Of a DNA stretch of 64,000 nucleotides, positions 13,001-24,700 are shown piece after piece. How positions within the stretch are numbered: the stretch's first letter is position 1; each line of letters begins with the position of its first letter. Origin of the DNA: Antedon mediterranea (lineage: Eukaryota > Animalia > Echinodermata); contig NC_092675.1 in NCBI RefSeq assembly GCF_964355755.1, positions 23,780,912-23,844,911 on the forward strand. Direction: 5' to 3'. A program made the position numbers and the translations under genes. The notes below the pieces were generated by a model. It was not told where the DNA came from and did no database searches. It saw nothing but the letters and a program-made list of their open reading frames with translations.

Positions 13001-16000
13001 GACTTGATTCAACTTTCGCAATGCAGGGAATGTCTAAGTTGGACATCTGGTGATGTCCAACTTACGACAGTACAGCATAAATGTGGAAACCAAGCATTGA
13101 GATTAGGCTTGAATATGATTACATTTGAAATAATATTATAATAATATTACATGTGGTGATCCAACAGCTCCTGCAGATAGAATAATTTCTTTTCCTACTG
13201 GAATAAACTCTTCTTTACCATCTGCAATTACGTGCACACCTGTTGCCTTTCCATCTACAACTTCAATCTAAAAAAAAGCAAGGCAGCATCCGTAATAATA
13301 AACAGATATTCAACAGCAAAGTGATTCGATTGTTATCAATACCATTTTGACAAATAACAATGTGCAAGAGCTATAAACCTTGGTCACCAAAGTGTTGACC
13401 GATATCGTGAGATTTTTCCTTTTCTTGATGGGATCCAAGAACGCTTTAGCTGAGCTGCATCTTTCTCCATTTCTAATCGTTGCTGGGAATTCACCAAATC
13501 CAAACTATGTAAGAAAAAGTTAGACGCTCGAATGATTGAATCTAACAATTATGTGGGGTTTTATGTATGTTCAAACACGTTTTTTATTCCAATTTAATTT
13601 AATTTATAGTACTAAGCTGGGCCTCTTTTAGACTATTTTGTATACATCATTTTTAAAATGATGACATTGCCTACATTACATTACCATTACCTATTATAAT
13701 GAAACTCAATTATTCTGCAGCTGTCACTAGGTAGATCTTAACTGACTATTGACATTCATCTAGAGTTGAGTCGTATTGTTATAATTATTGGTATTATGAA
13801 CTACTTACAATAGACTTTCTATTTATATCGGGTGTCGTCGGATAACCAAGTTCAATACCTGTCAATGAAGATAATGAGATCTCATATTTATTTTAAAACA
13901 CAAATAGTACCACTGCGTAGTATGTTCGCTGATAATGTGTTGGTAAATAAATTAACAAACGATTTAAATTATAAATGAACATATCGGTAATACAATGGAA
14001 ATAAAATATCATGATTTAATTCTGATGATCTATCATCGTGACAAGTTTACATGATAAAGAGAAACCGTGCAATAAAGTGTCTTTTTTTCATTATAAATCT
14101 CGGACAAATAAGCTAGTGACATGTGCCCTGACCAAATCTAATTGTGATTGGTTAATAATTTTTCTTCAACGTGATGCATTAGATCACATTTCGTGATTAA
14201 GGTAATCACGTTATTTGATTTTAATTAATGACTTGATCATGATGAGTGGAAGCATGGTCAACCTAGGTAACATTCACTGTTGGCTTAATATATAATATAA
14301 TCATTAACAAAGAAAAATGATTTATGCGCAATTAATTCTCTCATTTAATGAACTAGGCTATACTTCACTGTTCCATATGCTGGCATCATATGAAAATGTT
14401 TCACCAAAAAAACAACTCACCAGCTTCAATGAACGCTTTGGCCATCGGTGTCTTATAACTCTGTTCAGTAACAGATAAGCCAGGTTCTCTGGAAAAGAGA
14501 AAATGCAGGTAGTCAGTTTGTTGAACTGTTGAACATTACCAAGTTAAATTCGAAGCAGGTGAGTGAATAAGTACCAGTTATTCAACATTCGGGCCCATGT
14601 TTTCACCTAAATTGTCAATTTTCAACGATAACATTTTTGTTTTTAATCTGTATAATTGTTTTATGTATTTGCTTAATGTTAGGTGACTGTAAATACCTTT
14701 GATTGTTCTCCAATATTTCAAAACAGGGTAATATGTCTTCCCAAGCCCAGTTATCAGCTCCCATTTCAGCCCATCTATTAAAATCCGCTGGGCATCCCCG
14801 GATGTAACACATGTTATTGATGCTACTCGATCCTCCTAACACCTGATATAAAAGAAATGATCTAAATTGTGTTATAATTATGGAGGAAGTAAAAAGAATG
14901 GAGAAGCAATGAATGCAGATCAAAAGGACCATACACACAACACGACGGTCACCAGGTTGCCTTATGCTAAAATAGAAATGCAAAACATAATTAAGATAAG
15001 TGATCTTGGGCAGTGCCCATGACATTTTTACACTATAAGGATTTTTCTTCTTTCAAATCAAATCAAATCAAATCAATTTTATTTCCACAATATTTTAACA
15101 TACATACAGTATAATAAATGCAATGAAGTATTCATGTGGGTGGAGGTGGGGAGTCATATAAGTCAGAAAGACTTATATGAAATATATATATATACATAAA
15201 CTAATAATAAATAATAAAAAACAAAGCTACAATTTCTATTTAAATCATATTATCCGATCTTTAGTTTATTTCTTATAACAATAAGCTCACAATAACATAA
15301 TAGCATATATTATTCTGTACTAATTCCAGTATTCTGTACTGATTACACAAAATTGCTGACTTGGTTTATGTTCTATTGAACATACTATCTCTATTATTAT
15401 GTGGTTCAGAAGAGGTCACAATAAGATTATTATCATGTAAAATATACTTTATGTGACTATAATGTTAGATCAATAATGTTTGCTTTTCTAGTAAAGTTAA
15501 CTTAAAATTACCTTCCCACGAGGCCAGTCACACTTTTGGCCTTTCTTTCCCTTGCAAGCATACTTTTGTGATTCGATCTACCAACAAATAAAATAGATAA
15601 CAATGTAAAGAGCATAGTATGATTAATCCATTGGTACTTTTATATCAAAATGGCGTTGTGAGTCTACGGCACAATGGTTAAACAGTTGTAAATAATGTGT
15701 ATATAACAATATGAATATTCAAATTGCAATATACTAATAGTATACTGTAAATGGACAGTTTATTTACTCAAGAAAAGAACAAATATACATAAATATTCTT
15801 CCAAGAAAATGAACTTTTATTAGAAAGAAATGCCAATCATCAACTGAATTTGTGTAGAGAGCAGCCTACTAGTAACGTTTGACTTTACGGAGACTGAACC
15901 GAAAATGATCATCTTGATTTTGTCTAACTATTTGCTAACTTACGTACTTGTGAGATAGTAGGCATGTGGCTACTGCTTTGCCATGAGAATCATGGTACTG

Positions 16001-16376
16001 TAACTGAGCTTTTATTTTAAACTAACCAAACGTGGGATTCAAAAGAATATATATGCCTATATTCACAATCGAAATATCCCAAAATGAGTTTTCGTCTTTT
16101 GGAAACGACATTAATATGTTCTGTTCTCACCTTAAATTTCCAGTCCACATCTGACTGCTGTAGAGAGGCCACTGCTAGTGGTACGTGTATTTCGGGTTTA
16201 GTGTCTTCTCCTCCAGCTTCTATCAGGAGAACATTGGTGTCTGGATTAGCACTTAATCTGTTGGCTACAACACAACCCGCACTACCTGATCCTACCACTA
16301 TATAGTCGTATTTATCTTCAAGATTGTACTTGCTGATCTTCTGTTTAGGCCTTAACCAATCTAACAGGTTCGCCAT
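10022..16376 (-). CDS. GMC oxidoreductase (choline/alcohol dehydrogenase-like) copy B, complete, ~574 aa
   Basis: 15 phase-consistent GT-AG exons: 16376-16131, 15577-15512, 14842-14697, 14488-14421, 13858-13809, 13504-13379, 13267-13151, 12681-12586, 12326-12213, 11643-11587, 11378-11284, 11011-10819, 10663-10611, 10507-10340, 10151-10022 (1725 nt). Motifs [68 protein letters not shown] (His/Asn catalytic pair). Confidence 0.93.
10719..10810 (+). repeat. ~46-bp tandem duplication (2 copies), intronic
   Basis: ctgatga(c/t)cttaatagattatcaaacgtta(c)aagtaagttcttggtt twice. Confidence 0.9.
11028..11365 (-). repeat. ~168-bp tandem duplication containing most of GMC-B exon 11 plus a dead copy
   Basis: Units ~11028-11195 and ~11196-11365. 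The second holds the functional exon ([28 protein letters not shown], donor GT); the first has donor AT and lacks the native acceptor. Confidence 0.88.
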
Positions 16377-18774
16377 AGTTATTTATCTAGTGTAAAATGA
16401 AAAATGCGCTCGCAATTTTACAATCCTTTGTGTTTGTTAAAAGGCCGTAATAAAACTTTCTACTAAATAACTTTGAGAGTTTTTTTCTAAAGGTTGCGGA
16501 GACTCGAATAAAACAGTTATATATTATTTACAATTGATATCAAGATAATGACGCACCTAGATAAGTGATAGGGCGCGATAGTCCGCAGTAGATTAGAATT
16601 ATACTATAGTTTATAGGCGGTCATGTAAATACGGGTCTGTTACTTATTATTAGGTTGGATGCTTACTAGTATAGTCACAATCTGGCGTACTAAAATAAAT
16701 GTCGAAGATGTTGTAAACGAGTAGGCCTATATAATGTGGCACACGTGAGTTTAGGTAATGTCTGAAAGTTTTCTGAGTTGGGATATGTGGACGATGACCG
16801 TGCCGTGGGAGTATTACACAAATTAATTAGGAATAGTTAGAAATGTAAACACTATACGACTTACTACATTGCATTGCGTAATTGTATTCACTCTTCTCTG
16901 ATAGGCCTATCGAGATTACGGAAGAAATAAACTCTTGAATTAAAACGTTTTACACAAATGAACCTGATAAAGGGATTCCTTACTTTTAACATGTTATTGA
17001 AGACAATCTCATAGATAAACACACTTACCAAATTCAATCCGGTTATGATTGGTAGTCGACTGATAGGCCTACTCGTCCACAAGTATATGAACGTTTCGAT
17101 TGACATGCACTGTATGTTGACACACCAGTGTACCTATGACCTAATGAATTAATCTAGTGTGCGTGTTGCTATCCACTCTACTCCACCAGTGGTACGCTAG
17201 TACATGGGCTTAGGCAAGCAAAGCGGCAATGGACAACATGTTTGTATGTGATAACTGTCACAGAAAATTCTCCTTAATATTAATATAATAATGTTAAATA
17301 ATATAATGTAATATTGGATATAATACTTAAACATGTTGTGCTAATTTGGTTCTAAAATGCACTCGAATGTCTTTTCCATAGTCATTTTCGACTCAGAAGG
17401 ATGCTTGGTGAATGGTACTGCAAAATCCTAGAATCATTAATACAGGACCAAATAAGTTTAATTAAAATGTTTATTATACGAATGCAGTGCAGTATTCGAA
17501 TTAAATATAACATGCACAAACTAAAACGTATCTGAATATGTTGTTAGTTTCCTTCGTATCGTCGCGCCTGTCTACCTAAATACAATAAAATAATGTAAAC
17601 TATTTAAATGTAGGAATAGTCTAACTTATAAATGATGACATATAGGTCACTGTTTAGCTAAAAATAGAAGAAAATGTTTTTTTTTTTATTGGTGAACACT
17701 GAATGTATGGCCATTGTGATATCTGTCCAAAATGGTTAACAGTGTGTAGTCTCCTGTGAGTTTTTTTACAGGCCTAACGTACCACAGAATATTTAGAAAT
17801 GTAGGCCTAATCACTGTGACTCCCTACATGTTGCGTAATTGTTATTTCATTTCCATTTATTATGTCAATTTAATACAAAAAGACTTAGAAAATGTGTTGC
17901 TCTCAGACCGTACACAAAACAATACAAAACAGTAGAAATAATAGGACCAGAAGTGTTACAACATTCTCTTACAGTCAGTGAGACGCGTAAAAACTAACTA
18001 TCTATTTATCTATCTTGTATGAGAAGGTTTTGATATGATGGATTGGAAACGGTTGCAACATTGTAGAAATTTCAAAAACATAGTTCTGGGATAGGTTGGG
18101 TTTTGCAAAATTGAATGTGTTTTTCTCAGTTAGTTTTATACTCTCTTTTCTTGTATTACAGATTCAAAACATTTTTGTTCTTTGCTGTTTCTGATTTTAC
18201 TTTTAATTGTTGTAGTTTCTAATTTTTATTTATCTGTAAACTAAAATACACCTATTTAGTATAGTCTATTTTTTATTTTCTTTGCTGTTTTGTTTTTTTG
18301 GTTTTTCTTTCTTTCTTTTTGCTTTGGCTGGATGGATTGAAGAAATCAAATAATAATAACTTATCACGTGGAACATAAATAAATAGCCTAGTTCTATATT
18401 TGTTATTCCAATGTGATATTTAATTGAGTTGCTTTTTTACTGTTTTTGATTATTTTATTCTATACAAACATTTTTTTTTTGACTTAATAATAAACTAAAT
18501 ATAACGCACGTTATCATGCATGTTTACGTTAACTGTACTTGTTTCATTGTCTTGCTTTACTTGTTTGTTTGTCCTGTTTTGTTTCAATATGATTACAACT
18601 TCTTAACTTGCTACCCGTCACAAGTTTTTTTGGAGGGAAACCTCCAACTGTTATTACTTTCTGGATGTTTTGCCTCTTAATTATTTATATTTAAATTGTT
18701 ATTTTGTTTACTTTGTAAGATAAGAAATAAATGTTATTATGATGATGACGATTTCACTTTATGCTTCTTGTGCA

Positions 18775-21700
18775 TTACTTTAGTTTGAATGGTGTTGCAT
18801 ACTTCTTTTCTGTTGATCCATTTGGTGAGAAGATGGTCGGTGCGGATTGTTCTACGCTTATTGACGTTTCTTTGGGGTGTTTATTTTGTGGCTCCACGTA
18901 TTCGTAGATTTCTCTAAACCTTTCTGAGTCGGGCAAACGGGCAGGTTTGTTAGATTTACTAACGTTGACCTTTTCTTTATGTATCTTTTGTTTTTTTGTT
19001 TTCTTAGATTGCTTTCTATTTTGTGCCACACAACAACAGCAACAAGCACACAGGACAGCCAGCAAAGCGGCAACACCACACGTTACCATTACAATATAAA
19101 CAAACATATCTTCATTCTTTGCTTCTTTTGTCTTCCCTTCTTCCTCCTCGGCAAAGTTGACTTGTAGTCGACCAATGTTCCCTACAACGTCCGTCGCGAT
19201 TAATTCTACCAACGGGTCACAGCAGCTGCCGTGGTAGATAGCTTTAGCTATAGAACCTGGCACACCTTGGGTAAATTCAGACATTTTAAGACCGATTGCG
19301 TGAGATTCCTTTGAAGTAATGACGTCATAAAGACCCATTCCATTATCGACAACCTCAACAGCAACCGTAAAATTAGCGTCATTACAGCTTCCTTTTAATG
19401 GAAAACACTTTCCAACACGCTCGACAATACTAAAAGATGGTGCAGCTTCATCTAATTCCTAAAAAATATTAAGATTGAGAAACTTTATCAGGACATTTTT
19501 TAGTGAAGATTTTATATCAATTAATTTTTTTTTAATCAAACTGTAGTTGTAGCGTTTTGTTATGACCAATGTTAACGTATTATACTATGATAATAAGACA
19601 ATTATTCTTTTTTAACATTTCATCAGATTTTATTTTTAAACATAATTAATGTTGAGTTAATGAATCACAAGGAGTTCAAACTTAATTAGCATTGAAAATA
19701 ATATATTCAAAGAAAGATGTCAATTAATTCTTCTCTATTTAAATGTATAGGTAAATCCTCTGTGCTTTTTTTGGAATTCTAGATCCGCCCATTGAGAGTA
19801 GAATATAATGAATGAAGTTTTGAAATTGGATGTTACATGACTACCTTGGTTATGACTTATATTACCTTTGGCTGAATGTTGATGGTGAAAACAAAGTAGT
19901 TGTAGTCAGAAGATGCTTTATTTCCTCTGATAACCAACGTCACAGTACTAGAAGTATCGTATGTTGTACCTGTTGGTACATCAAACAGTATTTCTCCTTT
20001 CATCTCTTCATTCTTTCCCAGAACAAACCTGGAAAGAGAGATAATGTAACGAATCTGACAATAGCCAGCTGTTTAGCTGGTTGACACTTTATTTAGAGTT
20101 AATTTTACTTATAATACCTGTTTGGTGTAAGCTGTTTTATAAACCCAGCACTATCGATAGCAGACACAGTGTATTCGGCAGACTCTCCATCATTTACAGC
20201 TTGGAATGGAACACGTTCAGTTGATCCTGGCGACAGCACACGTTGTACATCACCACGGTCGGTTTTTACTGAACACTTTGACGTGCTAATAACTTGACGA
20301 AGTATTCGAGAGAAAACATTTTTTATTACATCCGAACCAATCACTTTTATTTGGAATGGTGACGATGGCAAGATTGTTTTTGTATACAATTTGTTAGATG
20401 CTTCGCTTGTCTGCAGAGGCATTGATTTTATAGTTTCCCCATTTGGTGATAATAATTCAAGTTTATTGGTTGTTCCTACTTTATTTTTATCTCCAATGAC
20501 ATCAATGAGTATGAAGACTTCGACACCTAAAAAATGTAAATGTCATTATTTTATGTAAATGAGTGCAAGCTTCAAGCTTTAAGTTCAAAACAAAATTTAA
20601 AAAAAACACGAATACATAAACATAACAACATATCCTTTTTAGAAACGTTACATTATAAAGCTAATATAGCATAATTATATGAATAAAAAATAATAGTTTC
20701 AAAGCTTGTTTTAACTATCGGAACACCAATAAATACTACAGGGTTGGGTAGGTTTGGCCAGTATGCGTACCTTTTTATGGCCAGCGGGCGTCCCGGATAT
20801 TGCGCAATATGGCCAGCGGGCGTCCAATTATTGCGCAATATTTTTTTAATGGCAGCGTCCGTGCGTGTGAAATACGTACAATGCGACCGGGATGCGTGGA
20901 TAGCTATGTGTGGATAGCTATGGGATAATCGGCCGGCGGAGAGAGTCGGTTTTCATTTTTAAGAGTTTCAATTTTTGGCCTTTATTTTCTGTGTCTGGTT
21001 TAGAATTTGTTTTGTCTCTGTGATGTCCCAGATAGATAGGCTTTAAGAGGCCTCAGTTCAGGCTTGCCCTACTTGCAAATGCTGTATATATAAAATAAAT
21101 GATGTATATAGCGCCCTCTGTCGCATTGTACGTACAGTAGAACCTGTGTTTTACGTACCCTGATTTTACGTTCCCTCGATTTTACGTACGCTAAAAATAA
21201 CCGATGACGTCATCATTTTCTTACATTGAGGGCGCAATTTAACAACAACAAAGCACACAAAGCCACAAGCATGGCTGTGTGAGGAATTCTGCTGTGTGTG
21301 GGACAAGCTACGCACGTGCATTCCCCATAAAGCAGCGACTGTTTTTTTTTTTATAGAAAACAATTATATTTTACACTTTATTTAAACATTGCACAGCCTG
21401 TATATACTGTACTTTTCTAGTTAGGCCTCACATCTTGCTAGGCCTGCTAGCCTGGCCTGAATAGTCTAGGCAAGGCCTAGCTAGTGACCACCTGCGTAAT
21501 GTACAGAAGGCAAACACGGCCAGCTACGATCTCTACGTATTTGGGGTCAATTTAAGGTCAACCTTGATTTTACGAATCCTTTGTTTTACGTACGCCTTTC
21601 GGTCCCGTACCGTACGTAAAATGGAGGTTCTACTGTATTTCACACGCACGGAGCGGAGCTGCCATTGAAAAATTATTGCGCAATAATTGGATGCCCGCTG

Positions 21701-24700
21701 GCGATTTTTTTTTTCGTACATAAATAAACATGAATAATTCATCTATATATAAATTTACGTAAGGGCAAAAATCGGTAAATCGTGCGTTATTTCTAGAATG
21801 TTTACTCGATGGTATATAAAGTTGGTTCGTACTTTCGGTATTGATTTTAACCACCTGATGTAACCCTGTTTACTAATTAAATTGAGTTCGATAATTAGTT
21901 ATTGACGATTAAAACGAATTTAGGTTCAACGATTTGCCCCAAATAGGGTGTTTTTCGATCGTGGTATACACTGTCTAATGGATGTCAATTTGAAAAATAC
22001 CCGTACACAATAATACGAGGACACTTCGCATTTTCCTATCTCCTCCTACGATAATTGTTTTTAATAGCTGAAAACCGGTTGAACAGTTCGAGTACAGCAT
22101 CATAATGTTGAAGACAGGCCGATTTTCTTTAAAAAATACTATTTTGATACATGTAATATACGTTTTTACAAATGTATTGATTTGTGATGAAAATGGAACA
22201 TTCCAAATTATTTGGTTTAACCATAGAGGTATAGATTTAGATTTATGGGCCCCCTTGGAGAATAAACATAAATAGTATTACAATGCTGTACAATACTGTT
22301 AAGGTATTAACCACTTTTGATCGCAATTTGAATCGCAAATTTCTTACTGTGAGTGTTGGTACTGTTAGATATAATATAAACAAATATACAAATAAACTTT
22401 ATTACTGTGAGTGTGGGTAGGCCCTACTGTTAGATTATAAACATATAATATACAAATAAATAAACGTTATTACTGACAGTTGCTTCTCAACGTTTGTATT
22501 AATTAATAATTTAAAAATATATAAACGTCGTAGTGGTGTATCGTTACATGTACTTTACTATTTCAATCGACTATGACAGTGAGAGTTTTAACAAAGTATT
22601 AAATCGTAAATGTTTTACTGTATTTAGTGGTATATTATTTATAGGCCTATAAAACATTAAAAACAATATTTCGTTACTGAGTGGATAAGAATATATTTTA
22701 AAATGTTTCCTCTTTGTACCTATCTTCTTCCCCCATCCCTCAACCCTTAATGTTACATACAAAACACAAATTGGGTTTGTTTAAATGAGTCCAAATAAAA
22801 AAATTGACTCATTTTGTTTCTCTCTCGGAAGTAATTCCCAGGGTGCTAATTTTGGTTGACTACATAAATCATTGTGTATATTTATTCGTTTCTGTAAACG
22901 AACATTTATTATAGTCCTGCAGTACATTTGAAATCTCCATTTTTTTCTCGCTGGAAATACTGTGTATTCGAGAACCATCTGTGGGCACGACCTAGATGGT
23001 ACGCGAGCGAAGCGAGCGTGCCATCTAGTCAGTTAAATTTGTTGTTCCGTGTGCACCCAAGCGTATAGCAACAAGAAGTGATTACACGAACAACTGCGAT
23101 ACGATTCTTTCTACAGTAGGCCTAGGATTCTAGGTCAATTCACGTGATTGCCTTCGCGCACTATTCTTCACACAAAATGTGTCGAGTCGAGGCTAATCGA
23201 CAGCTAGGCAAGACATTAAACTAAGTAGTAATTCATTGGACATAGCCCAAAGAAAGCTTAGACCCACAAGAATAAAGAATGTGTATAATTTGTGTACTGT
23301 ATTTTTTTAATTCTGCTATTTTATTATCAAACAATATGCATGAACTCAAAGGAACTTTAAAAATGCGCGTATATGAACACATGAGATGGGAAGATTAGAC
23401 CCACGAGAATAAAAAATTTATTTTTGTGTAATGTTTAATGTTTAATTTTGCTGACTTATTACTCGGATTGTGTCATACCTAACACACACACGTCACACAC
23501 ACACACACCGTACCCACACAGCTACTACTAGAATAGACATGGGTTTAGAGACTAATAATTAGGCCTATAGTATTTATTAATAGAAACTATAATTTTAACA
23601 CGTAATTCTTTAGTAATAAATTATATTAAAAACACCATAAACAAAGGCTGATTATTTCGACAATCCACACAAAACGCCGCTATTCTTCTATGAAATCGCA
23701 CGCCGCAACAACAGCGGAGATAGGCCTAGAATCGTGGGTGTCACGAAACCTAAGACCACAAAAGCTAAGACCCCCTAAGACCTAAGATCACGAAAGCTAA
23801 GACCCAAGACCTAAGATTACAATATTTATCTTTCGCACCTGCCTTGTATTTTAACTCCCAACATTTATTCTGAATACCACACCTTAGAATTGGCACTTTC
23901 ATGAAAAAGAATCACATAAAAAGTAATAAATACATTTTTAAATTGATGATTTTACAGACGTTTTTCTCGCACACAAAATGACTAGCCTACAGTACAGTAG
24001 GCCTACCCCATGTTCAATTTTTTTGTTTCTATGGAACGTCAAAAGAGCAAAAATTATATAGAGGGCTGAAAACTCTGTGGAGTCCATCTACAGTGCGGAT
24101 GGAACAATGTAAAATTAAAATTGTAATGATAATAGTATAATCAACATGCAATACGAGGAAATAAATACTGGCAAATAAATTTTAATTAAAAAATCATGAT
24201 AAGTTTTTTTGTTTCGTTTTCTTTCTGTTTTTATACTTGTACTATTATTGTTGCTCTTTTGGCGCAGAAACAAAAACATTGAGCATGGGTAGCTCGAGGA
24301 GTTACATTACAGTATACAAAGAAACACATCTGTAAAATCATAAATTTAAAGGATTTATTTATTTGTTATTATGTGTTTCTCCTTCTGAAAGTACTTATAA
24401 GTCCTAATTTTAAAGTGTGGTGTTCAGGATAAAGTTAGTCAACAAATTTGGAGTCAAAATACAAGAAAGGCAGGTGCGTAAGAAAAACATCCTGTATAAA
24501 TATATACAAACAAACACCCCGTCAAGTTTGTTTGTTGTAAACGGGCGAAAATAATGTGAGTTTATCTATGTTTTGCGGTGGTATTAAATTATATTTATGG
24601 TAATAAATGAAACCTACTGTGTTTAAAATTATGTATGGATAAACAAGTATTGTTTTTAAGCTGTAGTATATCTTAGAATTTGTAATCTTAGGTCTTGGGT

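Noticed and set aside
12830-13100. Possible Harbinger-like MITE in a GMC-B intron (ttccaca...tgtggaaaccaagc, gacgcaa repeats)
   Set aside because: Left TIR and TSD are not resolvable; too weak to annotate.
14574-14605. Possible micro-exon of GMC copy B (AG...GT bounded)
   Set aside because: In the required phase it introduces an immediate TGA; exons 3 and 4 join in frame without it.
18880-18915. ITIM/ITAM in the tail of VWA7-like copy 1
   Set aside because: EIYEYV lacks the -2 hydrophobic residue and there is no paired YxxL; reported only as Tyr motifs.
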